NCBI GenBank assembly: GCA_035696125.1
Contig: DASRQZ010000072.1
Span: forward strand, 7,366-71,365
DNA length: 64,000 bases
Direction of reading: 5' to 3'
Source of the DNA: Polyangia bacterium
Lineage (GTDB): Bacteria; Myxococcota_A; Polyangia; Fen-1088
The notes under the pieces: generated by a model
What the model saw: only the letters and a program-made list of their open reading frames with translations
The model's database searches: none
What the model was told of the DNA's origin: nothing
Translations under genes and position numbers: made by a program
In this document: positions 13,005 to 22,386 of the stretch, one piece after another
How positions within the stretch are numbered: the first letter of the stretch is position 1
Layout of the letters: the number at the start of each line of letters is the position of its first letter

Positions 13005-13897
13005 GCGACGGCATAGATTATGCGATCATCGTGCGAATATTGAGTGGCAGGCGGCAGGACGAGCGCGCGGGCGCCATCGAGCACTTCGAGGACGCCGCCC
13101 TTTACGACCATGAATACCGCCGCCGCCGCGCTGACGTCCGGTTCTATCGCGCGCTGGCCGCCGAGCGGGGCGGGCCCGTGCTGGACCTGGCCTGCGGCAC
13201 CGGACGCCTCATGCTGCCGCTCCTGCGTGACGGCCACACCGTCGTCGGCGTCGATCACGCGCCGGCCATGCTGGCGCGCGCGGCCCAGAAGATCGCGCGC
13301 CTGCCGGCCGCCGCGCGCGCGCGCGGGCTGCTGTTGCGCGCCGACCTGCGGCGCTTTGCCTTCCGCCACCCGGCGGCCCCGCCCCCCGCGCGCACGCGCT
13401 GGCCGGCGCCGGTCGGTTTCGGGTTCGCGGTCGCCGCGTTTCACAGCATCCAGCATCTGATCGCCGATCGCGATCTGATCGCCTTCCTGCGCGCGGCGCG
13501 GCGCGCCATCGCGCCCCACGGCTGGCTGGCGTTCGACGTCTTCGCGCCCGATCCGCGCTTCCTGGAACGCGACGGGGACCGACGCTGGGCGCGCACCCAG
13601 GTGCGCGATCCGGGCACCGGCGCGCGCCTGATCTACACCACCAACCACCACTTCGACCCCCGCCGGCGCACCCTGCTGATGCGCATGTTTTACCTGCCTG
13701 TCGACGGGCGCGGGCGGCCGGTGGGGCCCGAGCGCGTGCGGCGGCTGTGCCATCGCCAGCTCTCCGTCGGGCAGGTGCACGGCCTGCTCGCGCGCGCCGG
13801 CCTCCGGCTGATCGCGAGCTGGTCGGACTTTGCCGGCAGCCCTCTGCGAACGGGCATGGAATCGGAGCAACACATCTACCTGGCGAAACCGCGCTGA
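12959..13897 (+). CDS. Class I SAM-dependent methyltransferase
   Basis: Motif I VLDLACGTGRL and the downstream motif pattern of the Methyltransf_11/12 families. Start uncertain: the listed ORF overlaps the queC 5' end, and a later GTG or ATT start near ~13030 is likely. Confidence 0.65.
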   Translation: MGGRGLDSLSGSRGSCDGIDYAIIVRILSGRRQDERAGAIEHFEDAALYDHEYRRRRADVRFYRALAAERGGPVLDLACGTGRLMLPLLRDGHTVVGVDHAPAMLARAAQKIARLPAAARARGLLLRADLRRFAFRHPAAPPPARTRWPAPVGFGFAVAAFHSIQHLIADRDLIAFLRAARRAIAPHGWLAFDVFAPDPRFLERDGDRRWARTQVRDPGTGARLIYTTNHHFDPRRRTLLMRMFYLPVDGRGRPVGPERVRRLCHRQLSVGQVHGLLARAGLRLIASWSDFAGSPLRTGMESEQHIYLAKPR

Positions 13898-14111
13898 TCG
13901 TCCGCTCTGGCGCGCGCTGCCACGCCCGCGTCAATCGCGGGACCCCGGAAGCACGAACGTGCAAGACATGGACAAGGATGTGCAAGACCGTGGAAGCCAA
14001 GGTGCAAACGGCGCGGAAAGCACGCGCGCAAAAGCACGCGCGCACCGGAAAAGTGCGGAAAAAACCGGGATTCTCCGACGAGAGCACCCCAGCTTTCCGG
14101 CGGAATTTCGC

Positions 14112-14139
14112 TTGACAGGGGTAGCCCCCCCGCTACGAT
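14112..14139 (+). promoter_or_regulatory. Near-consensus sigma-70 promoter (TTGACA - 16 nt - TACGAT) for the lysine-rich protein gene
   Basis: TTGACA at 14112-14117 and TACGAT at 14134-14139. GGAGGG RBS at 14172-14177 and ATG at 14186. The preceding 200 bp is A-rich with direct repeats (TGCAAGA x3; AAAGCACGCGCGCA x2). Confidence 0.6.
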
Positions 14140-14185
14140 GCCCAGGTCTTCTTTCGCAACACTTTCTAAACGGAGGGCTGCTGAG

Positions 14186-14566
14186 ATGGCCGAGAAAGTC
14201 GCAAAGCTGGGCGTAGCTCGTGAAAAGGATTTCATGTACTACGTGAAGGACGGAGCGGTTTGGAAGGTCCAGCGGAAGCAGCCGGGCGTCCCCAAGGGCC
14301 GACCTGAAAAGGTCGCCGACGGCGGGTTCCAGATGGACACCAACTACATCTACTTCGTTGATCGCGACGGTGACGTCGCACGCGCCAAGCGCGCCATCGG
14401 CGGGCAAAAGCGCAAGAAAACCGCCAAGGCGGCAAAACGCCGCGGTGTTGGCAAGAAACCCGCCGCGAAGAAGGCGGCGAAGTCGTCCGCGAAGAAGAGC
14501 GCCGGCAAGGCCAAGAAGAGCGCCGGCGCGAAGAAGAAAGCCGGCAAGAAGAAGGGGCGCCGCTAA
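14186..14566 (+). CDS. Histone H1-like lysine/alanine-rich nucleoid-associated protein (hypothetical)
   Basis: 126 aa from the internal Met MAEKVAKLG. Globular N-terminal ~75 aa, then KKPAAKKAAKSSAKKSAGKAKKSAGAKKKAGKKKGRR. Own promoter and intrinsic terminator, so monocistronic. Confidence 0.7.
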   Translation: MAEKVAKLGVAREKDFMYYVKDGAVWKVQRKQPGVPKGRPEKVADGGFQMDTNYIYFVDRDGDVARAKRAIGGQKRKKTAKAAKRRGVGKKPAAKKAAKSSAKKSAGKAKKSAGAKKKAGKKKGRR

Positions 14567-14592
14567 CCCGCCCGATCTCCCCTCCGTTTTTC

Positions 14593-14630
14593 GAGGCCGC
14601 ATCGGCACTCCGATGCGGCCTCTTCTTTTT
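14593..14630 (+). terminator. Rho-independent terminator, probably bidirectional (convergent genes)
   Basis: GAGGCCGCATCGG-CACT-CCGATGCGGCCTC perfect 13-bp stem followed by TTCTTTTT. Lies between 14566 (+ gene end) and 14675 (- gene end). Confidence 0.8.
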
Positions 14631-14674
14631 GATGACCGGTTTTCCGTCGCTGCGGCGACGCGATCGCCGTCGTG

Positions 14675-17002
14675 TCAGCGCTTGCGGCCGCCGCCCTTGA
14701 AGTGGCGCCGGGGCCCGCGGCGAACTTTATCCGGCGTCCGCTTGGGCGACGCCGAGGGCGCGGCAGCCGGCGGCGCCGCGGAGGCGGCGGCCGGCGCACC
14801 GCCACCGTCTGCGACCGCGGCGGCGCCCGCGGCGTCGGCCTCGGCGACGAACCCGAAGCGGTACAAGATCCACCCGAACGCCACCAGGGTGGCGATGCCC
14901 ATCCACATGTACTGTTCGTCGAGCCAGGTCGGCATCTTCAGCCAGCGCCAGATGCCGGTGTCGGGCAGGAACCGCGTCGGAGCCCAATCGATGAACGAGG
15001 TCGCCGCCGTCACCGCCAGCAGCGCGGCGCCCGCCTCTTTGCGCTTGTCGTACAACAACGCCACCACGATCAGGAACGAGTAGTAGTAACAGGTCAGCTC
15101 GACACCGACGGCGATCATGGTCGCGCTGAGACAGCAGGCGACCCAGGGCTCGGCGCCGCGCACCGCGTACCACAGCAAGGCTGCAAATCCCAGCGCCAGC
15201 ACGACGAACAGCGCCCGGCGTTCGCGGAAGGTCTTGAGCTTGGCCAGCTTCCAGTCGTGCCAGGGATCGTCCATCTTGTCGCTGCGCAGGAAACGCCCGG
15301 CCTCGGACGGCGCGTAGGCGACCAGCGTGCGCAGACCCATGTAGTTGGTGAGCGGGGTCGACGTGTGCTTCTCGGAGTTCTGCTTGAAGTGGACCCAGCT
15401 GCTGATGCCCCCACTCTTGATCAGACTGAGCGGGAACAGCACCGCCACCCCCAGCGCGGCGCCCAGCACCAGCTGGCGCAGCCGGCGGTCGAGCTTCCTG
15501 GTCTTCAGATACTGCTGGACGAGCAGCATGATCGGTCCGAAGAACAGGAACAGCGGGAAAATGCGCAGCAGCGTCGCGTACGAAAGGAAGAAGCCGCCCA
15601 GCAGATACCTCTCCTTGCGCACCAGGCACACGCCGCCCACCATGTAAAAAAGCCAGTCCCAGCGCAGGAAGGCGCCGCCCGTCCAGTAAAAACGCGACGG
15701 GAAGTTGGTGGCGAACACCGCCAGCCCGACCGCCAGCACGCGCCAGCCAAAAGCCCACCAGATCATGACCATCATCCCGATGGCGTAGGCGGGATCGAGC
15801 AGCGACAGAGCGTTGATCTGGGTGTCGCTGGCCGGTGCCAGGTTGGCCAGCGTCGTGCCGAGCACGTTCCACACCGGCGTGGCGTTGTAGCCGTGGTCGG
15901 TCTGCGCCTCCTCCCAGCGTTTGACGCCGTGGGCCTCGCGGAAGTAGGCGACGTCGCGGGTGAACTGGGCCCAGCGCTGGGGCGTGAAGTGCTGCTTGCA
16001 GCGCTCGGGGTGGGCCAGGATGTCGGTCGTCGGGCCCATCATGTTGGTGTGCAGGTCCATGATCTTGCGCAGCTCGACCCGACGGCGCAGGCTGGGCACC
16101 TCCGAGTCGGCCACCGACACGCACTCGTAGAGTCGGTCGTAAGACAGCTCGGGGAAGTACTTGGACCCGATGTAGTAGTGGTACGTGTCCCAGATGTGGA
16201 TGTAATTGCGGAAGTGAAAGAAGCCGAAGTTCCAGTACGCGCCGAAGGACAGCACGCCGAGCGCGATCATCAGGCCGCGCCGCAACTTGTGCTGGTAGTC
16301 GGGCATGTTCTTCTTGGCAAGCGCGATGCCCCAGGCGATCAGCGCCAGGCCCCCCAGCGCCAGCATCATCTCGAAGCGAGCGCTGACGTCGTTGTCCCAC
16401 CAGGTCATCTTCCACCAGGGGATGTCCGGTAGGCGGGCCGGGGGCGCGTCGACGCGGCGGAACTGCGGCGGGAAGGGCGTGGGCGCGCGGCAATACGCGG
16501 CGAACTCGGACAGCGAATAGAAGCCGTCGCCCAGCCCCTCTCCGATGCGCAGATAGCGGACCGTCGTGGGATTGATGGTCGGGGTGCGGGCGCGCAGCCC
16601 GTGCCCGTTGGCGGTCTCGACCTCGACCAGCAGCTTGTAGCTGTCGGGCGTTCCGTCGACGGAGCCGAAGATCTTGTAGGTGTCGTTGGCGTCGGCCTGG
16701 ACGAAGAAGGCGCTGACCGAGGTTGGCTGCCCGAGGTCGTAGGTCACCGACCCGGCCGGCGTATCGAAGAGGACCGCGACCGGCGAGTCCCACTGCGCGC
16801 CCTCGGGCGCAACCGCCTCGTCGGTGACCTGCCAGAAGTTGCCGCGCAGGTCCTGCCGCTGCGCCGGTGGCTTGCGCGCCAACAGATTGTCGCTGGTGCA
16901 GTCGGGCGTGAACAGCGCCCCGTCGGCGCGAGCCGGCGACGCCCCGAGGATCGCCGCAACGAGCACGACCGCGCCCGAGACCTGGCATTTGAACCACCGC
17001 AT
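14675..17002 (-). CDS. Polytopic membrane protein with a large N-terminal extracytoplasmic domain (function unknown; possibly a GT-C-like glycosyltransferase)
   Basis: 775 aa from MRWFKCQ. Signal peptide (AVVLVAAILGASPARA), ~200-aa soluble domain, then at least 10 hydrophobic helices rich in aromatic residues (IWDTYHYYIGSKYF, FYWTGGAFLRWDWLFY). Ala-rich basic tail. Confidence 0.7.
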   Translation of the reverse strand: MRWFKCQVSGAVVLVAAILGASPARADGALFTPDCTSDNLLARKPPAQRQDLRGNFWQVTDEAVAPEGAQWDSPVAVLFDTPAGSVTYDLGQPTSVSAFFVQADANDTYKIFGSVDGTPDSYKLLVEVETANGHGLRARTPTINPTTVRYLRIGEGLGDGFYSLSEFAAYCRAPTPFPPQFRRVDAPPARLPDIPWWKMTWWDNDVSARFEMMLALGGLALIAWGIALAKKNMPDYQHKLRRGLMIALGVLSFGAYWNFGFFHFRNYIHIWDTYHYYIGSKYFPELSYDRLYECVSVADSEVPSLRRRVELRKIMDLHTNMMGPTTDILAHPERCKQHFTPQRWAQFTRDVAYFREAHGVKRWEEAQTDHGYNATPVWNVLGTTLANLAPASDTQINALSLLDPAYAIGMMVMIWWAFGWRVLAVGLAVFATNFPSRFYWTGGAFLRWDWLFYMVGGVCLVRKERYLLGGFFLSYATLLRIFPLFLFFGPIMLLVQQYLKTRKLDRRLRQLVLGAALGVAVLFPLSLIKSGGISSWVHFKQNSEKHTSTPLTNYMGLRTLVAYAPSEAGRFLRSDKMDDPWHDWKLAKLKTFRERRALFVVLALGFAALLWYAVRGAEPWVACCLSATMIAVGVELTCYYYSFLIVVALLYDKRKEAGAALLAVTAATSFIDWAPTRFLPDTGIWRWLKMPTWLDEQYMWMGIATLVAFGWILYRFGFVAEADAAGAAAVADGGGAPAAASAAPPAAAPSASPKRTPDKVRRGPRRHFKGGGRKR

Positions 17003-17068
17003 GGTCCGACACACTATCAAGGCGCGAGCCATTTATGAATCGGGGCGCGCCGGGGCGATAATCGCGCG

Positions 17069-17953
17069 GTGGACGCCCCACGCGCCTGCCTCGCGCCTGA
17101 GCTGCCCCGGCTGATCGAAGCGGCCAACCAGGTCTTTCGCCCCTCTGGCGGCGATATGGGGACCGACTATCCGCTGCTGTTCTCTCTCGAAAATCTGAGG
17201 CATTTGCGGGTCGCCAGCGACCGTGGCGCCCTGATCGCGCACGCCGGCCTTTGTGTCAGGACGGTGTCGTGGCAGGGAACGCCGCGGCCGGTCGGCGCCA
17301 TCGGCGCGGTCTTCACCCGCGCCGACCGCCGCGGGCAGGGCTGGGGCGCGGCCGTGGTCAGCGATGCGCTGGCCTGCGCGCGCGCCGAAGGGGTGCCCCT
17401 GGTCGTGGTGTCGGGCGACGGACCGCTCTACCGGCGGCTGGGCTTCGCGCCCGCACCGCCCGCGGTGTGCTGGACCTGGCCGGCCGGTGCCGGCTCCGGC
17501 GCGGGGCTGCGGGGCTTACCGGACCCGATCCAGGTCCGCCCCTGCCGGCAGTCCGATCTGCCCCAGCTGGCGCGCTGGTACGACCAGGAGTCGGTGCATT
17601 TCCAGCGCGACACCGCCGACTGGCGCGCTTTTCTGGGTGCCCAGGTGGTCTTCGCCTGGCCGGCATGCTTCTGGGTCGTGGAGGACCACGCCGGCCCGGC
17701 CGGTTACCTGGTCGTGGCCCAGGGCACGCGCCGGCGGGTGCTGGAGCTGGCCGGCGACCGCGACGCCGTGCTGGCCGCCGCCCCGTCGGTCAGCGACCAG
17801 CTGGTGGTCCCCGACCACGACACCGAGACGGCGCGCGCCGCCGCCGCGCGCGGCTGGAGCCCGGCGCCGCTGACCCTGGCGATGGCGGGCCAGTGGCTGC
17901 AGGCGCCGGCGCGGCCGCTCCCCCTGCCCTGGTACGGCCTCAACTACGTTTAG
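17069..17953 (+). CDS. GNAT-family N-acetyltransferase
   Basis: Acetyl-CoA-binding motif AIGAVFTRADRRGQGWGAAVV (R/Q-x-x-G-x-G/A). Size matches a two-domain Eis-like GNAT. Confidence 0.65.
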   Translation: MDAPRACLAPELPRLIEAANQVFRPSGGDMGTDYPLLFSLENLRHLRVASDRGALIAHAGLCVRTVSWQGTPRPVGAIGAVFTRADRRGQGWGAAVVSDALACARAEGVPLVVVSGDGPLYRRLGFAPAPPAVCWTWPAGAGSGAGLRGLPDPIQVRPCRQSDLPQLARWYDQESVHFQRDTADWRAFLGAQVVFAWPACFWVVEDHAGPAGYLVVAQGTRRRVLELAGDRDAVLAAAPSVSDQLVVPDHDTETARAAAARGWSPAPLTLAMAGQWLQAPARPLPLPWYGLNYV

Positions 17954-18078
17954 ATTCGGCCCGGCCCATGCGAGACTGCGGCCGACAGATGGCTTCCGAG
18001 TATTCCGCCGCGTGTCTGCTGGTCCCCGATCGTGCTCATCGCCGGTTCGCTTTCCCGGTCTGGGAGGCGCGCTAGTCA

Positions 18079-19401
18079 ATGTCGCCGATGCTCGCGCTCG
18101 CCGTGACCTTGCTCATCGTGCTGGCCAACGCCTTCTTCGTGGCGGCCGAGTTCGCCTTCGTGAAGATCCGCCCCACCCGGCTGCAGCAGCTGGCCAACCA
18201 GGGCAAGCGGCGGGCGCGCCTGTTGATGACCATCACCAGCCAGCTGCCGGCGTACCTGTCGGCGAGCCAGCTCGGAATCACCCTGGCCTCGCTGAGCCTG
18301 GGCTGGCTGGGCGAACCGGCCTTCGCCGAGCTGTTGCGCCCGCTGATCGCGCGCACCGGCGACATCTCGGAGCGCACCCTGCACACCCTGGCGACCGCGG
18401 TCAGCCTCACCGTGATCACCTTCCTGCACACGGTGCTGGGCGAGCTGGCGCCCAAGGCGCTGGCCATCCAGCAGACCGAGTCGATCGCGCTGTGGGCCGC
18501 GGTCCCCTTCCGGGTCTTCTACGTCCTGGCGTTTCCGTTCATCTGGATGCTCAAGGGCGCGGCTTCGCTGGTGCTGAAGATGTTGCGCCTGCCGCCGGCG
18601 TCCGAGGCGGAGATGTTGCACTCGCCCGACGAGCTGCGTCTGGTCTTGCAGCACGTGCAGCTGGAACCGGGCGCGCGCCGCCTGATCGACCGGGTCTTCG
18701 ACTACACCCACCGCGTCGCCCGCCACGTCATGACCCTGCGGCGCGACGTCGTCACGCTGGAGGCGGGCCGTCCCTTCGACGACAACCTGCGCATCGCGGT
18801 CGCCAACCAGTACACCCGCTACCCGCTGGTCGAGCCGGGGACCGACCGCGTGGTCGGCTACGTGCACCTCAAGGACATCGTCGCGGCGCTGGCCTCGGGA
18901 CGCCGGCCCGAGAAGATGCGCGACCTGGTGCGCGAGCCGATCTACGCCTCGGAGGACACCCGCCTCGAGTGGCTGCGCCGCGAGTTTCAACGCCGGCGCG
19001 TACACATCGCCATCATCCTGGGCAGCGGCCACTCCTTCACCGGCATCGTCACCCTCGAGGACCTGGTCGAGGAGGTGGTCGGTGAGATCCAGGACGAGCA
19101 GGACCTGGAGGAGATCCCTCCCGTCACCCGCAACAGCGACGGCAGCTTCGAGGCCGACGGACGGCTCACCCTGGACGTCGCCAAGCGCGACCTGGGGCTG
19201 ACCCTTCCGCCGCTGCCGCCCGACGTCGAGACCCTGGGCGGGTTCGTGCTGAGCCAGCTCGGCGAGCTGCCGGTGCCCGGCGACTTCATCGACGGCGCCG
19301 GCTTCCGACTGACCGTGCTGGAGGTGCGCGACCGGCGCATCCGCCGCCTGCGCGGCACGCCGCTTCCCAAGGAGGAGCAGGCCGATGCGGAAGACGGATG
19401 A
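18079..19401 (+). CDS. Hemolysin-type CNNM/CorC transporter (DUF21-CBS-CorC_HlyC)
   Basis: N-terminal DUF21 TM domain (LANAFFVAAEFAFVKI), CBS pair, C-terminal CorC/HlyC transporter-associated domain. 440 aa. Confidence 0.9.
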   Translation: MSPMLALAVTLLIVLANAFFVAAEFAFVKIRPTRLQQLANQGKRRARLLMTITSQLPAYLSASQLGITLASLSLGWLGEPAFAELLRPLIARTGDISERTLHTLATAVSLTVITFLHTVLGELAPKALAIQQTESIALWAAVPFRVFYVLAFPFIWMLKGAASLVLKMLRLPPASEAEMLHSPDELRLVLQHVQLEPGARRLIDRVFDYTHRVARHVMTLRRDVVTLEAGRPFDDNLRIAVANQYTRYPLVEPGTDRVVGYVHLKDIVAALASGRRPEKMRDLVREPIYASEDTRLEWLRREFQRRRVHIAIILGSGHSFTGIVTLEDLVEEVVGEIQDEQDLEEIPPVTRNSDGSFEADGRLTLDVAKRDLGLTLPPLPPDVETLGGFVLSQLGELPVPGDFIDGAGFRLTVLEVRDRRIRRLRGTPLPKEEQADAEDG

Positions 19402-19504
19402 ACGCCTTCCTTCGTCTGGTGGTCGTCGCAGAGCGGCAGGGCTTTTGGATGATTTCGTCGCCAGACCTGGCGCGGCGGCCCGCAGCGGCTAGCATTGGCG
19501 CCGG

Positions 19505-19990
19505 ATGATGCTGCAGGAGCTCTCGCAACAGCTCGGCCTCGGTTCGCTGCTCTCGGAGATCAGCAGCCGCGCCGGAGGGTACGATCTGCTGGATCACTGG
19601 CAGCAGGGTGAGTTCCACCACGACGTGGTGCTGCGCGTGCCCGAGACCGCGGCGCTGCCCGGTCCGGTCCTGGTCGTGGGCACCAACTGCAACGGTGGCG
19701 TGAAGGAGATCTTCTGCTTCGCCTCCGTGCCAGCGCGCGGCGCGCTGTGGCACCACCGCTGCCCCGACAACCAGGAGTTCGCCGGCGAGCTGCCGCCCCT
19801 GCTCGGGTCGGTGCGCACCCTGCACTGGTTCGACCCCTGCGAGCTGCTGGGGCCCGATGCGCGCAGCGAGTACCGGGAGGACGCGCGCGAGCGGCAATCG
19901 GGCGGCGGCTGGCAGCTCAAGACCGACAGCGGCGCGGTCGCGACCTGCGCCCCGCCGCGCGGGCCCACCGGCGATCAAGACGACGCCTGA
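19505..19990 (+). CDS. Hypothetical protein
   Basis: 161-aa ORF with mixed composition (Cys, His, Trp and Phe present), unlike the Arg-rich antisense alternative at 19286-19978. No recognizable domain. Confidence 0.4.
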   Translation: MMLQELSQQLGLGSLLSEISSRAGGYDLLDHWQQGEFHHDVVLRVPETAALPGPVLVVGTNCNGGVKEIFCFASVPARGALWHHRCPDNQEFAGELPPLLGSVRTLHWFDPCELLGPDARSEYREDARERQSGGGWQLKTDSGAVATCAPPRGPTGDQDDA

Positions 19991-20087
19991 AAGCCCGCGG
20001 CAAGCCGGCGGGAAAGCCCCGCGCGATGTCCTTCATCGAGCCTTGACCCCGCCCGCCACCGCGGGCATTGTATCGCCCGCGTCACCG

Positions 20088-20160
<73 letters not shown>

Positions 20161-20192
20161 CGACCTCTAGCCGCGTTTGATCGACGCCGGAA

Positions 20193-20260
20193 GCTGGCGG
20201 CGACCAGGCAAGCGCTCGGTTGGCGCACCGCGAGGTGAGGCGCCAACCGAGCGCCGCCAG
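20193..20260 (+). terminator. Strong hairpin 33 nt downstream of tRNA-Phe (putative terminator or processing structure)
   Basis: Perfect 15-bp stem GCGCTCGGTTGGCGC/GCGCCAACCGAGCGC (20212-20226 and 20240-20254) with a 13-nt loop, extended by the outer pairing CTGGCGGCG/CGCCGCCAG. No U-tract. Confidence 0.4.
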
Positions 20261-20390
20261 TTGATCCGACGCATCTGCGTGCGGCTCTGCGCCACGGTGC
20301 CTATGCGCGCCGACTTCCACGCCACCGTGGGTTGCGCACGCCTTAAAGATCCGGTCGTCGAGGCCCGATGTGATCTTCAGCCCCGACAAA

Positions 20391-21737
20391 ATGACGGTCG
20401 AGTTGTTTCCGCTCCTGGTCTTGCTTACCGCCGGTGTCGAGGTCGACGTGCCGGACGCAGGCGCGCGCGCGGACGGCGGCGCCGCGACCAGCGACAGCGG
20501 TCCCGCCACCGTCCCTGCCCGCGTCGTGATCGCGGCGACGGTGGGTGTGGGCGCGGCGGCGCGGCAGCACCGCAGCAGCGAGCCCGACCGGCGCGGCACG
20601 CACGAGCTGCGCGATCCCGCGGAGTGGCCCGCCGAGCCGGCGGCGCCGGCCGGCCCGCTCGACGAGGCGAAGTTCGACGCCGCGGTCGTCGCGCTGTGCG
20701 ACGAGGTCGCGCCGCTGGAAGGCCTGGACAACCTGGCCCGCCTGGTGCGTGAGGTGAGCGCCGAGACGGCCAGCGATCCGTTCCTGCTGGCCGCGCTGGT
20801 CTATCGTCAGGGCCGCTGCCGCCCCGGCCTGGAATCTTCGGGGGGCGTCGGCCTGCTGCAGATCGAGCCCGCCATGTTCGGTCCGCGCGCGGCGCTCCCT
20901 TTCGCGCGCGAGGATCTGGCGCGCCAGCGGCTGCTGGACCCCGCGCACAACCTCCGGGTCGGCGCCAAGCTGCTGGCGATGTGGCAGGCGACCCACGTCG
21001 CGCTCGACGCCGCCGCCGGCAGCACGCCCCACCGCACCGCCGTGGCCCACCTGGTCTGGGGTGATCGGGTCTGGGGCGCCACCGCCGAGGACCGCGTGCT
21101 GGTGGCCCGTCGCCGCCTGCTCGATGCCTACACGGGAGCGCAGACGATGGCCGCCATGTCTCATCTCGGCCTCGCGATCGTGCCGCCGCTGACCGGCGGC
21201 GCTCGCCTGGGGACCAGCGGTCCGGGCGCCGATCGCGACGGCGGCAAGCGCGAGCACCGCGGCGTCGACATCGACGCCAGCGTGGGCGAGCCGGTGCGCG
21301 CCGTGGCCGATGGTGTCGTGCAGTTCGCGGGCGCCGACATGCCGGGCAGCCTGGCCGCCACCGGCCTCGCGCCGCGCCAGCTGCGCCGCTGGCGTTACCG
21401 CGTGCTGGGCCCGGGCGGTTTCTTCGTGCGCATCGAGCACGACGAAGGTATCCGCAGCGGCTATTTTCACTTGCACACCTTCAGCGTGGTGGCCGGGCAG
21501 GCGGTGAAGGCCGGCGAGGTGATCGGCACGGTCGGCCTCACCGGCGTGAAGGCGTCGGCCAGCCACCTTCACTTCGAGGTCCATCAGGACGGCGAGCTCG
21601 CCGACCCGGTGCGCTTCCTCGCCGCATCCACCCTGTCGCCCGAGCATACCCTCTCGCACGCCCTGGCCATGGCGGGCAAGCGCGAGCGCCTGGCCCGCGC
21701 GCGCCGCCAGCGCCGCCATCTGCACCGCATGACCTGA
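20391..21737 (+). CDS. Bifunctional cell-wall hydrolase: lytic transglycosylase (SLT) domain fused to an M23 (LytM) peptidase domain
   Basis: Signal peptide MTVELFPLLVLLTAGV. SLT catalytic region ESSGGVGLLQIEPAMFG (Glu-Ser plus the GLMQ-like motif). M23 motifs HRGVDIDAS...HLHFEVHQDGE (HxxxD...HxH). Confidence 0.85.
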   Translation: MTVELFPLLVLLTAGVEVDVPDAGARADGGAATSDSGPATVPARVVIAATVGVGAAARQHRSSEPDRRGTHELRDPAEWPAEPAAPAGPLDEAKFDAAVVALCDEVAPLEGLDNLARLVREVSAETASDPFLLAALVYRQGRCRPGLESSGGVGLLQIEPAMFGPRAALPFAREDLARQRLLDPAHNLRVGAKLLAMWQATHVALDAAAGSTPHRTAVAHLVWGDRVWGATAEDRVLVARRRLLDAYTGAQTMAAMSHLGLAIVPPLTGGARLGTSGPGADRDGGKREHRGVDIDASVGEPVRAVADGVVQFAGADMPGSLAATGLAPRQLRRWRYRVLGPGGFFVRIEHDEGIRSGYFHLHTFSVVAGQAVKAGEVIGTVGLTGVKASASHLHFEVHQDGELADPVRFLAASTLSPEHTLSHALAMAGKRERLARARRQRRHLHRMT

Positions 21738-21871
21738 CCGCAGGCCGCCGCACGGGCGCGCCCGCGCAGCCAGGGGGCATCAGCTCGACCAGCTTGTCAT
21801 CGAATACCAGGTCCTGCTGACTTGGCTCTCTGCGGGGGGCGCGCGATCTTCGAGGCAGCCAGGAGGGTCAC

Positions 21872-22249
21872 ATGCTGGGAGACAAGGAAGCCGTCGCGAC
21901 AATCTCGGTCAAGGATCTCGGGGTAGCGAAGAAGTTCTACGAGGGCGCGCTCGGCTTGAAGGCGGTGGACGCGCAGGGATCAGAGGCGGTCACCTACCAG
22001 AGCGGGAGCTCGAAGCTGATCGTCTATCGATCCGAGTACGCCGGCACCAACAAAGCAACGGCCGCCAACTGGTTGGTCGGCGACGACATCGAGAAGATCG
22101 TCCAGGGCCTCGCGGATCGCGGCGTCCACTTCGAGCACTACGACCTTCCCGGCCTGACCCGCCAGGGCCACCTGCACGTCGCCGGTCCCATGAAGGTGGC
22201 TTGGTTCAAGGATCCGGATGGCAATATCCTGGCCCTCATGAACGGATAG
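21872..22249 (+). CDS. VOC-family (glyoxalase/bleomycin-resistance fold) protein
   Basis: 125 aa. Paired beta-alpha-beta-beta-beta modules with metal-ligand-position His/Glu (HFEHYD...H). Typical size. Confidence 0.75.
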   Translation: MLGDKEAVATISVKDLGVAKKFYEGALGLKAVDAQGSEAVTYQSGSSKLIVYRSEYAGTNKATAANWLVGDDIEKIVQGLADRGVHFEHYDLPGLTRQGHLHVAGPMKVAWFKDPDGNILALMNG

Positions 22250-22386
22250 CCGCACCGGTCCATCGGGTCAGACGCGTCGTCGGCGCGCGCCTTCCTCCGC
22301 TGCGCCGTGCGTCCTCGATCTTCCTTCGATCAGGCTGGCGCGATTGCCCGGGCGCGCGTGTTAGCAGGGCAAGGGAGGAAGGTCGC

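Noticed and set aside
14727-17081. 784-aa minus-strand ORF overlapping the membrane-protein gene
   Set aside because: It is the +1 frame of the same strand. The 14675-17032 frame has a signal peptide and coherent TM helices, whereas this frame is Arg/Gly-rich.
20343-21725. 460-aa minus ORF; also 22330-24021 (-), 28523-31423 (-), 42022-43893 (+), 47015-48700 (+), 48220-49941 (+), 55906-57363 (+)
   Set aside because: All are antisense to genes with strong, motif-supported products (SLT/M23, caspase, tetra-DsbA, STK, PAS protein, larC, serA). Their compositions are Arg/Gly/Ala/His-biased in the way reverse frames of high-GC genes are.
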